IMG/VR virus record: IMGVR_UViG_3300025697_000003
Origin: a virus
Reading direction: 5' to 3' (one strand)
Length of the DNA stretch: 64,000 bases
The first letter of the stretch is position 1; each line of letters starts with the position of its first letter. The notes beneath the pieces are model-generated. The model saw only the letters and a list, made by a program, of their open reading frames with translations. It did no database searches and had not been told where the DNA came from. Below are positions 36,916 to 44,478 of this stretch, piece after piece. The position numbers and the translations under genes were made by a program.

Positions 36916-37506
36916 TTAAAGCGCAACGGTCTGATGGACGATTTCGATATCGTCGTCATTCAGCCCGAGGTACAACATGGTCTCTCGTTGGTTCGAGTGA
37001 TTGAATGCCGCCTGTACTACTGCCAACTGCTGATCGAACGTAACGACAGCGTGATAACCGAAAGTCTTTCGCAGTGAATGGGCAGCGATAGGATCCTGAA
37101 TTCCCACACGCTTCGCCTCAATCCCCATCTGCCGCGAAAGGTGCTCGCGGCTGTAGACTTCTCGCGTGATTGGATTCCTGAATATCGCCTCATCTCGCTC
37201 GGGGATACGCCCGAGGCTATCCAAGAGGAACCGGAGAGATTCGACAACATTCTCGTTGATGAATATCCGCCGTGGCTTATTCGTCTTCTTCTCAATGAGC
37301 GTGAGGTGGTCACGCATCGTGGTCGTACCATCAAGCCACACTGAGCTCCACGTCAATCCCCGGAGATCGGATACGCGCAGGTTGGTATTGCAGCCAGTGA
37401 CGAAGAAGCAATACATCGCCGCTGTCTTCTCCGTCTTCAAGTTTCGCCTAATTCGCTGGATATGGTCTATTCGCCTAATCGGGTGTACACGGATCATCTT
37501 AATCAC
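36916..37506 (-). CDS. int: Minimal tyrosine recombinase (catalytic domain only, 196 aa)
   Basis: Candidate catalytic residues: R in LRVSDL, HSLRKTF (HxxR), FNHS and TMLYLG (Tyr). No N-terminal core-binding or arm-binding domain. Confidence 0.8.
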   Translation of the reverse strand: MIKMIRVHPIRRIDHIQRIRRNLKTEKTAAMYCFFVTGCNTNLRVSDLRGLTWSSVWLDGTTTMRDHLTLIEKKTNKPRRIFINENVVESLRFLLDSLGRIPERDEAIFRNPITREVYSREHLSRQMGIEAKRVGIQDPIAAHSLRKTFGYHAVVTFDQQLAVVQAAFNHSNQRETMLYLGLNDDDIEIVHQTVAL

Positions 37507-37521
37507 CTCGATTGCATCATA

Positions 37522-37788
37522 CTACTGGGAGAGCGATATATCAAACTTCATCTTAGCTATCGCCTCGGTTGGCAAGTCTGGCAGGTCGGCCTTCACAAAT
37601 AAGCCGATTGCTCCCTCTTCGGCATACCAAAAATGACCATCTCCAACGATAACGAATGAGTTGTTCCCGGTGAGAGAAACCTTTACAAGTGACCGCCTTG
37701 GTTTCTCTTCTATCTCTCCAAATTTCCATCCATAGAACCACCATTCACCTACCTCGTCAGGCCATTCTATTCGCCATTCGTAGATCAT
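37522..37788 (-). CDS. Hypothetical protein
   Basis: AGGAGG lies before ATG 37788 (MIYEWRIEW...). 88 aa. Confidence 0.5.
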   Translation of the reverse strand: MIYEWRIEWPDEVGEWWFYGWKFGEIEEKPRRSLVKVSLTGNNSFVIVGDGHFWYAEEGAIGLFVKADLPDLPTEAIAKMKFDISLSQ

Positions 37789-37990
37789 CTGCGCCTCCTG
37801 ATTCCGCCGTTTCAAGCACGTGCTCAAGGATCGCCTGCTGCGTCGCTGTCGGCTGTGTGAGGTACATGCTGTCTCGCTCGATCGCGTATTCGCCTCTTCC
37901 TGCGTGATGGTATACCTGATTCCCGCCGATTGTCAGCGGTGCGCCTGCGATTACGACCTTCTTGTATCCTGGTGCTGGTTCAAATGGCAT
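37757..37990 (-). CDS. Hypothetical protein
   Basis: GAAGGAGG upstream. 77 aa. Confidence 0.5.
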   Translation of the reverse strand: MPFEPAPGYKKVVIAGAPLTIGGNQVYHHAGRGEYAIERDSMYLTQPTATQQAILEHVLETAESGGADDLRMANRMA

Positions 37991-38219
37991 TCGCCGCCTC
38001 CTTCAAATTCGCCTTTTCTCGCCCAGTATCGGGCCTGCCTTCATGCCTCTCCTGATGTCGCAGATGATCGCCTACTTTGTCGCGCTTTGACTCGCTAGGC
38101 TCCCACGCTGGCCGGTTCATGCTGGAATAGCACGACAAACACGGTTCGCAGTCGCCTGACGTGTCGAAGTGCTGGCAGTCGCGGCAATTATTCGCCGTCC
38201 TTCGCTTGATTCCTTTCAC
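37980..38219 (-). CDS. Cys-rich small protein
   Basis: GTG start 6 nt after GGAGG. Contains CRDCQHF..GDCEPCLSC. Confidence 0.45.
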   Translation of the reverse strand: MKGIKRRTANNCRDCQHFDTSGDCEPCLSCYSSMNRPAWEPSESKRDKVGDHLRHQERHEGRPDTGREKANLKEAANAI

Positions 38220-38235
38220 CTTGCACCTCCAGAAA

Positions 38236-38298
38236 TTCGCCTATTTTCGCCTATTTTCGGCAGTGCCTGGGGTCGCCCCGGTCCGCCCGGGACGACCC
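38236..38298. promoter_or_regulatory. Tandem TTCGCCTATT 10-mers plus GC-rich hairpin in intergenic region
   Basis: TTCGCCTATT at 38236 and 38246, with a partial third copy. An imperfect GGGGTCG...CGACCC hairpin spans 38269-38298. Confidence 0.4.
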
Positions 38299-38308
38299 GC
38301 GCCCCCTC

Positions 38309-38803
38309 TCAGTCGATCGATTTCATGAATTCGCGCAACGCTTCGACTTCGTTGATGATTTCCGCGCCGCCGTCTTCCCATTCTGTCGCCTCGACTCGCT
38401 GCATGAATTCTAGGGCGCTTGTAAGCGCGGCCACCATCGACGGGTAAGCGTTGAGCGCCTTCATGATCTGGACGAAGGGCGCGACATCGTGCGGGTCGTC
38501 TCCGCCGTCGTGAGATACAAGAGAGCAAAGAAGGCTTTCCGGCTGTTCTTTCGTCGTGTCCCATACATGGACGCCACGCGCTCCGCTGTCTTCCGTCCAG
38601 GTGGACCCAAATCTGTATCTCGGTGCGGGAACTTGCTTTGCTTGTTCTTCTGGTACGCCCGCCCACTGCAGTAGTTGAACGTCTCCCGGTTCGATATGGT
38701 CAGACAGGTTTTGTAGTTCCACGAGATCGCCATAGCTAATCCGCTCTGCTTCGATCTCGCCGCGCAGGTATTCCAGCCGGTCTTTCGTTGCTTGATCTGT
38801 CAT
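38309..38803 (-). CDS. Hypothetical acidic protein
   Basis: Start chosen at MTDQATKD. 164 aa. Confidence 0.5.
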   Translation of the reverse strand: MTDQATKDRLEYLRGEIEAERISYGDLVELQNLSDHIEPGDVQLLQWAGVPEEQAKQVPAPRYRFGSTWTEDSGARGVHVWDTTKEQPESLLCSLVSHDGGDDPHDVAPFVQIMKALNAYPSMVAALTSALEFMQRVEATEWEDGGAEIINEVEALREFMKSID

Positions 38804-38862
38804 GATTCCACGTCCTTTCCCTGGGACCGCCCGCACGGACGGCCCCGACTGGGAGGTGATAC

Positions 38863-39279
38863 TTATTCTCCGAAGTAGTGCATCTGGCAGTATGAAAGAA
38901 CCGCGTCGCGTTGTTCGCTTGATATATCAAACCATTCCGTCCACGGTGTGCCCCAGTCCTGGAACTGAACCAGCGCCGAGGTCGGTTGGCAGTATTCGTT
39001 AAGATCTCCGATGATTCGCACCGCAGGCCCCCCCGTGCATAGCAGTATGCAGAATTCGTCCGGCTTGTCTTCCGTCCCCGGTGCATACCATGAGCGCCGA
39101 ACTTCAACGCTTAATGCGTTTTCTTGGATCCGTTCCCGCATTCCGTCTTCGTCGTATTCGTACCCTTCGAGCAATACCTCGCCGGATTCCCGCGCCGTCT
39201 CAAGTGCCGCCATTAGCTCGACAATGCTTTCAACTTGTGCCCGTGCCTGGTCCTTCGCTTGTGCTGTGTCCGTTGTCAT
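38863..39279 (-). CDS. Hypothetical acidic protein
   Basis: Start chosen at MTTDTAQ, 9 nt after GGGAG. 138 aa. Confidence 0.5.
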   Translation of the reverse strand: MTTDTAQAKDQARAQVESIVELMAALETARESGEVLLEGYEYDEDGMRERIQENALSVEVRRSWYAPGTEDKPDEFCILLCTGGPAVRIIGDLNEYCQPTSALVQFQDWGTPWTEWFDISSEQRDAVLSYCQMHYFGE

Positions 39280-39359
39280 TCTCATCATCTCCCGTGATGT
39301 TTTTACCGCTTGCCGCCCGCGAGGGAATTCAACCCCCGCGAGCGGGTGAGGTGGTACGC

Positions 39360-40487
39360 TTATACATTCACCGGCATAACTACCCACGATTGAAGCACGC
39401 GCCCCGGGACTGTATCTGGAGAGCTTGAGAACGTCCCCGCCTGCAGTCGCCCCCCGAGAGATACGCGCACTGTTTCAGATTTCCCGAACTTTAGAACGTC
39501 CTCGAGTAGCGAACCGTTAAAGCTCACCGGCTCACCGTCCGCGCTTGGTGAATCGTCAAGCCTTACATTTTCGCTATAGCTCCCGAGGTCACGGCAACCG
39601 CTGGACATCTGCAGAACACTAGAACCGCCTACAGTGGCAAGCGTTACCGCTAAGGAATCACGAAAGGCGACAATGAGCCCGCGCCTTACCGCCGATAGCA
39701 AGGCTTTTCTATTCACTGTGAACTCTACCGCGCACGCTTTGGGAATTACGCGCTCAAAATCCGGGAACTCCTCAGGGATACCCCGCAACTGATAGCAAGC
39801 AGACGCGAAAGAGACCACAAGCCGCTCATAATCCCCGTGGATAATTTCAAGCCGCACGCTTTCCGAGGACTTAACAAGCGTTGCAATCCTGGCCAGTTCT
39901 GCAGCATTGACTAGGACGGCCCCTTCTTCGTTGCAATCCGTAGCGAACTCCTCAAGCAGTAGACGGAAACCGTCTGTAGAGGCGAACTTGACGCGCCCCT
40001 CGCTATATATCACGTTGACACCTGCAAGCTCTGGACGATTCCCGGTTTTTGAGCTCGCCGCCTTGAGTCGCTTTGTTAGCCCCTTGAACACGTCGCCGGC
40101 GAATACTCCGAGTGTGAAGCTCGGAGCCGCGCCCGGTGTATCTGGGTAGTCCTCAATGGTCAGAGTCGGAATGACCGCGCCCCCGATTGTCAGAGTACCG
40201 GCCTCAGTTGATAGAACAACCTCACCGGCTGGAAGTTTCCCGGTTATCTTTGCCAGTATCGACGCGGACACAATAACGGAATCCGGCCCCTCGTCTTTAT
40301 AGGTCAAGCAGTCAGGGGACGAATAACCCCACGTTTGCAGATTCGTTGCGGACAACTGCAACTCCCCGGGTAGTGCGTCAATACGAACCGTCTGCAGGAT
40401 AGGCATTCTTGAGGACTTACCCCCCGCAACCTTTCCCGCTTGCTTAACTGCTTGCTGCAGCTCTTTTGCTTCAATGATGGCCTGCAT
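39360..40487 (-). CDS. dnaN: DNA polymerase III beta sliding clamp
   Basis: 375 aa from MQAIIEAKELQ. Contains ASTDGFRLL, EFPDFERVIP, SFNGSLLEDVL and C-terminal VVMPVNV. Confidence 0.88.
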   Translation of the reverse strand: MQAIIEAKELQQAVKQAGKVAGGKSSRMPILQTVRIDALPGELQLSATNLQTWGYSSPDCLTYKDEGPDSVIVSASILAKITGKLPAGEVVLSTEAGTLTIGGAVIPTLTIEDYPDTPGAAPSFTLGVFAGDVFKGLTKRLKAASSKTGNRPELAGVNVIYSEGRVKFASTDGFRLLLEEFATDCNEEGAVLVNAAELARIATLVKSSESVRLEIIHGDYERLVVSFASACYQLRGIPEEFPDFERVIPKACAVEFTVNRKALLSAVRRGLIVAFRDSLAVTLATVGGSSVLQMSSGCRDLGSYSENVRLDDSPSADGEPVSFNGSLLEDVLKFGKSETVRVSLGGRLQAGTFSSSPDTVPGRVLQSWVVMPVNV

Positions 40488-40489
40488 GG

Positions 40490-40882
40490 TTACACCGCCC
40501 CGATTGTTTCCGCGTATCGTTCGGTTTCCTGATCGTGGTTGTGACAAATCCCCGCAATCATTGCACCCTCTGAGCCGCGCACGTGCAAACGGATGTAGCA
40601 GCACTGAGCCCCCCGCGCTTGATTGTCAAACGACTTGTCTAAGCCCTTACCGCTTACCTCGTTCCTGGACAACCCCAGCCGCGTGACGTTGTTCTCACCG
40701 TCAATCAACGTCTGGAGATTCGATAGGACGGCATCGATAAACTCCGGGTTCCCGTCAATCCGCACCCCGCACGCGCCATACGTCGAACCCTTGGCCTTAT
40801 ACGGCAATGGCGCCATATACTGTAGGGGATCCTGACCGGGTGAGAGTTCCTTCCATGTTTGCAGTGCTTCCTTCTTTAGCAT
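40490..40882 (-). CDS. Hypothetical protein
   Basis: GAGGTGA lies 6 nt upstream. 130 aa. Confidence 0.55.
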   Translation of the reverse strand: MLKKEALQTWKELSPGQDPLQYMAPLPYKAKGSTYGACGVRIDGNPEFIDAVLSNLQTLIDGENNVTRLGLSRNEVSGKGLDKSFDNQARGAQCCYIRLHVRGSEGAMIAGICHNHDQETERYAETIGAV

Positions 40883-40897
40883 CTCGTATCACCTCAA

Positions 40898-41182
40898 TCA
40901 GATATTACCTATAAATGGCGACAGTCTCAATACCCTTGCCCCGTCGCTATGTCTCGCCGTATAATGGTCGTATGTCACGCTTATCCCTTTCACGCAGCAC
41001 GAAGAAGAATAACGCCGAAAACGCAGCAGGGCTGCAAAGGACAGCACCCCATCTAACACGGAAGCCTGGGGTGCCAAAGGAGTGTCTTTCGACGGGTCCT
41101 TGCTGCTCAGCCCTGTCATTTCCCCGTGACGCGAGCAGTCGTCTTCCAGGGCCACACTTTGCTGGATACGGAGAGTTCGCAT
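40898..41182 (-). CDS. Possible 94-aa CDS (ambiguous region)
   Basis: GAGGGAG lies 5 nt before ATG 41182, and the stop is 15 nt before the next gene. The product is low-complexity and an equally long + strand ORF overlaps it. Confidence 0.3.
   Translation of the reverse strand: MRTLRIQQSVALEDDCSRHGEMTGLSSKDPSKDTPLAPQASVLDGVLSFAALLRFRRYSSSCCVKGISVTYDHYTARHSDGARVLRLSPFIGNI
40902..40930 (-). promoter_or_regulatory. Candidate sigma70-like promoter (minus strand)
   Basis: Minus-strand TTGAGA-17 nt-TAATAT, upstream of the SD of gene 40490..40882. Confidence 0.4.
40936..40965 (+). promoter_or_regulatory. Candidate sigma70-like promoter (plus strand)
   Basis: TTGCCC-18 nt-TATAAT, facing the Thr-protease gene about 390 nt downstream. 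Confidence 0.4.
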
Positions 41183-41356
41183 GGTCGCTCCCTCATCCGT
41201 CCCTCGACCTTGACCGCGGCTTGGACCATCAAGTACGGTTATCGGCATGGGTAGGGTTCATGTGTTGCAGCACTACGCTGATCAAGACAATCACCCCCTT
41301 TGTAGTCCACGCGGGACTACCACACAGAATAGGCGAGAACTGATGGAAGAGTCAAT

Positions 41357-42244
41357 ATGAGGGATGACAATCCTCTAACAATGGCAGACCTCCCATCATT
41401 CCCGATAGAACGGGAGAGATACGGCCCTTTGTACGCTTTCTGGGACGGGGTTGCGCCAATGTACATGGAAGAGGTGTATACTCTTCCCAATATGACTCTA
41501 TGTGTCGCAGTTGCAGCAAAAGACGGTGTTGTTTTGGGTACAGATACACAGGAAACACGATCGGATGGATCCAAACGCAATGGCGTCAGCAAGATTGTAG
41601 AAGTTAGCGACACGATGGCCGTAGGGCTTTCTGGAACTGGGAATGTTGCCAAGGGTATTCTAGGACACCATGGCCTATTGGAACATGCGCGAAGTCTGAA
41701 AGACGCAGACCAGATCGGAGACTTCTTCGGCAGTTGCTTCCTGGGAAGCGTCCAAGGGCACTCGCATAGGCCAGACTTTTATAGGGAAACATATGACTTG
41801 AAAAACGGTGCGGTTGATCCGAAAGTTCTAGATCTGCGACTACTGCTTGCATCCTTCGACGGGGAAGCATCTATTGGAGAGGTATCTCCTCAGACTGGCT
41901 ATTCATTTGCCCCGATGCAGAGAGCGCATTGCATAGGAGTAAATGCCTTTGCAAACGCCCTCCTTCCAACGCTTGCCCCAATTGGGAAGCCTTTGCCAAC
42001 AGTTGCCGAAGCAGAGATAATTGTGGCGTTATGCCTGATGGTTACAGCAGATCGCTTTTATGGTGTCGGCGAGCCATTTGACATTGTGAGGATTACAAAG
42101 GGAAAGATAGAGCGATATAGCACCGCAGAGAAACCACAAGTGTTGAAATCGGCTAGGAAGTTGTGCAAAGCATGGAAAGAAATGTTCAGGATCATCTCTG
42201 AAGAAGCGTCTAGCAACTCTGAAGAACTAAATCCATCAACTTAG
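41357..42244 (+). CDS. Proteasome beta-subunit / HslV-like Ntn threonine protease with 46-aa propeptide
   Basis: Reads ...NM|TLCVAVAAKDGVVLGTDTQETRSDGSKRNGVSKIVEV. Counting from T47 gives Thr1, Asp17 and Lys33. Followed by AVGLSGTGNVA. Confidence 0.7.
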   Translation: MRDDNPLTMADLPSFPIERERYGPLYAFWDGVAPMYMEEVYTLPNMTLCVAVAAKDGVVLGTDTQETRSDGSKRNGVSKIVEVSDTMAVGLSGTGNVAKGILGHHGLLEHARSLKDADQIGDFFGSCFLGSVQGHSHRPDFYRETYDLKNGAVDPKVLDLRLLLASFDGEASIGEVSPQTGYSFAPMQRAHCIGVNAFANALLPTLAPIGKPLPTVAEAEIIVALCLMVTADRFYGVGEPFDIVRITKGKIERYSTAEKPQVLKSARKLCKAWKEMFRIISEEASSNSEELNPST

Positions 42245-42500
42245 CCCTTTCATCCCTGTGCGAGCATCTAAACGCGAACTCATCCAGATATTCCTGTAGA
42301 TGGATGGCCGATACATGATGGTAGACACCGACGAGTCCTCGCTTGAAAAGCGACCACGCATTCTCCACATGGTTCACGTGCACACCATTCTCTGAGTAGT
42401 GGAGCCAATGATTGACAGTACGATGTAGCCCGAACTTGGACAGGATCTTGAACCGCCGCGCTTGGTCTGTGTAGATCGTCTTGACATAACCAAGGTTCAT
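42210..42500 (-). pseudogene. IS1595-family (ISXO2-like) transposase C-terminal fragment
   Basis: 96 aa: TDQARRF...HRTVNH....GVHVNHVENAWSLFKRGLVGVYHHVSAIHLQEYLDEFAFRCSHR. The N-terminal zinc ribbon and DDE portion are absent. Confidence 0.7.
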
Positions 42501-42689
42501 GGTACATACGCGGTTGATCTCAGCGTGAGTGAGCCTATCAATGCGTGTGTCCTAAGTGCAAAAACCCTTATTGGGATAGACCTAGACGCGATTCACAGAA
42601 GAAGAACTAACACACACAAGGTAGGTGCGCTCTTGAATTCACAAGGCCTAATTCCGTACTCTGCTGCATCAAAGGGATAAGGGGGTCGT

Positions 42690-43397
42690 ATGTCCTCAAA
42701 TGGTACAACCAAGAAAAGGGTAACAGATTACGATTGGCCCGCTTTGCTCGCTGAATTCCTTACCCAGCCTACGATGTCTATTCAAGATTTCGCAGAGTTC
42801 AAGGGTGTACCGTTCTCCACTGTCAAGAATCACAGCGATAAGAAAGGCGATTGGATAACCAAGCGTAATCAGCATTACAGAGAGATCCACCAACTCACTT
42901 TCGATCGTATCGCAGGCATCATTGCCGAAACTCGTGCAGATGACATCTCATCTTTCAGAGCACTAGAAGAACGCCTGCAGGCCGTTGTCCTCAAATCGCT
43001 TGAATTGCTATTCCCGCCAGAAGATGCACCGCTTGAGGCCGTTCTAGCAGCAACCGCACGACTCGAGGAAATGTCAGCGGACAAACTAAGCACGATCATA
43101 AACACCGGCATGAGAACGCTAACCGAGACAGGCAGGCATCGACGTCTATTATCTGGACAAGCAACCGCCATTTTCTCGCGTGCTGAATTGCCCGATATTG
43201 AGCTTCCTATCCCGCTGGAAGAAGCTAAAATGTTGGAATTACGCAGCAGATTAGCACAACAAGCCCTCAACGCTATCGACAACGGGCAACCGCTTGACGT
43301 GGAGTACACCGTGGCAGAATCGCCTGAGATCGCCGGAGATCCTGACCCCGTGGCCAGTTCCGCCGGTTCGCCTGGAGTTCGCCGCCACAAAGAATAG
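42690..43397 (+). CDS. HTH protein, terminase-small-subunit-like architecture
   Basis: Contains MSIQDFAEFKGVPFSTVKNHSDKKGDWITKR, then a long helical region and an acidic/Pro tail. GGGGG-type SD. Not adjacent to terL. Confidence 0.45.
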   Translation: MSSNGTTKKRVTDYDWPALLAEFLTQPTMSIQDFAEFKGVPFSTVKNHSDKKGDWITKRNQHYREIHQLTFDRIAGIIAETRADDISSFRALEERLQAVVLKSLELLFPPEDAPLEAVLAATARLEEMSADKLSTIINTGMRTLTETGRHRRLLSGQATAIFSRAELPDIELPIPLEEAKMLELRSRLAQQALNAIDNGQPLDVEYTVAESPEIAGDPDPVASSAGSPGVRRHKE

Positions 43398-43399
43398 CC

Positions 43400-43428
43400 G
43401 TGTATACGTTACTGGATAAGGTATACAC
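43400..43428. other. Hairpin between convergent genes
   Basis: GTGTATAC-13 nt-GTATACAC, an 8-bp stem. Contains two copies of the enriched GTATAC core. Confidence 0.4.
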
Positions 43429-43442
43429 TCGATTTCGCCAAC

Positions 43443-43781
43443 TCACTCATAGCCAAGCTCGCGGTACAGTATCGCCCTGAGGTAGGCGGCTTTCGTTAGT
43501 TCGCCCTCCTGTATTCGCTTGGATAGCAAGTCTTCAACTATTGGGCACACTCGGAACGTGAGAAGGACAGAGTTCGCCTTATCGCTATCCTGTAGGGGTA
43601 TACATGCCGGTTCGCCCTTGTGTATACGTGTAGGGGTGGCCGGTTCGCCTGTTTCAACCCGTGAAACGATCTGTGACGCTTGCGCCATTCTCTCTTTCTT
43701 CAAGCAAGCAGTACACTTGCCGTATTGCTTCTCTACTGTAGACAGGATGGGAGCTTGACATACCTTGCAACGTGTAGCCAT
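43443..43781 (-). CDS. Zinc-ribbon + ribbon-helix-helix-like DNA-binding protein
   Basis: N-terminal CKVC...CTAC. C-terminal LLTFRVCPIVEDLLSKRIQEGELTKAAYLRAILYREL has an RHH-like pattern. Confidence 0.55.
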   Translation of the reverse strand: MATRCKVCQAPILSTVEKQYGKCTACLKKERMAQASQIVSRVETGEPATPTRIHKGEPACIPLQDSDKANSVLLTFRVCPIVEDLLSKRIQEGELTKAAYLRAILYRELGYE

Positions 43782-43832
43782 ACTTCACCAACTCCATTGT
43801 ATACGTGATGGCATCGAGTATACAGTGCGATA

Positions 43833-43869
43833 GCCAAAGAGAAAAGGGCGTCCAGTGCTGCAGACGCCC
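43833..43869 (-). terminator. Intrinsic terminator (minus strand)
   Basis: GGGCGTC-10 nt-GACGCCC stem, followed on the minus strand by CTTTTCTCTTTGG. Confidence 0.6.
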
Positions 43870-43883
43870 CTGATCTCCCCTCA

Positions 43884-44027
43884 CTAGCAAGCGTAGGGAT
43901 TCTCCTCACTGAACACGATGAACATAGCTTTGGGGTCAATGCCGTCATACTCGCACGCCTTGAGCCAACGCTCTCGATAGGATAGAAGCACGATCTCTAC
44001 GGGTCCGTCTGTCATTGTCTTAGGCAT
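43884..44027 (-). CDS. Small protein (47 aa)
   Basis: GAGGAGG lies 6 nt before the ATG. Translation is MPKTMTDGPVEIVLLSYRERWLKACEYDGIDPKAMFIVFSEENPYAC. Below the track cutoff. Confidence 0.5.
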   Translation of the reverse strand: MPKTMTDGPVEIVLLSYRERWLKACEYDGIDPKAMFIVFSEENPYAC

Positions 44028-44196
44028 TGTCTTCCTCCTCGTTGTTGTTGCCCTGCAGCCTGGCCAGTACCACAGCCAGGCTAGCGCGTTGCGTCGCTGT
44101 CATAGCTTCGACGTGTACTTGGTTGTTCACGATGTGAAGCACCTTCCTAGCGTGATTGATCGCTCGCCGTTTAATGCTTCTGCGATGTGCTCCCAT
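44020..44196 (-). CDS. Possible small basic protein
   Basis: Starts MGAHRRSIKRRAINHARKVLHIV.... No SD. Overlaps 44127..44363 by 70 nt in another frame. Confidence 0.35.
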   Translation of the reverse strand: MGAHRRSIKRRAINHARKVLHIVNNQVHVEAMTATQRASLAVVLARLQGNNNEEEDNA

Positions 44197-44363
44197 GTTG
44201 AATGGGTGCAGAAGGATCCAGTTCCATTTAATGCAGGGGGACTGAGCTCCTCGCCAAATATAGAATAGCGTTGAACTCTGGCACATATAATCTGGCCATC
44301 GCCTAGGCAGTTGACTGTCTTTGCTTCTTCCCTTGCTCGTCGTGCTGTCCACTTCTGAGTCAT
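44127..44363 (-). CDS. Hypothetical protein, first gene of the minus operon
   Basis: GAGGTG lies 6 nt before ATG 44363 (MTQKWTARRAREEAK...). Confidence 0.4.
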   Translation of the reverse strand: MTQKWTARRAREEAKTVNCLGDGQIICARVQRYSIFGEELSPPALNGTGSFCTHSTWEHIAEALNGERSITLGRCFTS

Positions 44364-44478
44364 ATCCATCACCTCACTGTTAGATGTACCATCATAGCGA
44401 ATCCCTATAGGGTAATACTAGGGAACAGTGTCACCTTTCTATCTGGACACGTGTCACTTAATGGGCAGTGTGTGACAT

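Noticed and set aside
44020-44363. A programmed frameshift joining the two overlapping minus-strand ORFs.
   Set aside because: No slippery heptamer was identified in the 70-nt overlap. Both ORFs are reported separately at low confidence instead.
40883-44400. A retron, DGR or other reverse-transcriptase-based system associated with the structured non-coding region.
   Set aside because: No reverse transcriptase motif (YxDD context) was seen in any frame of the window.
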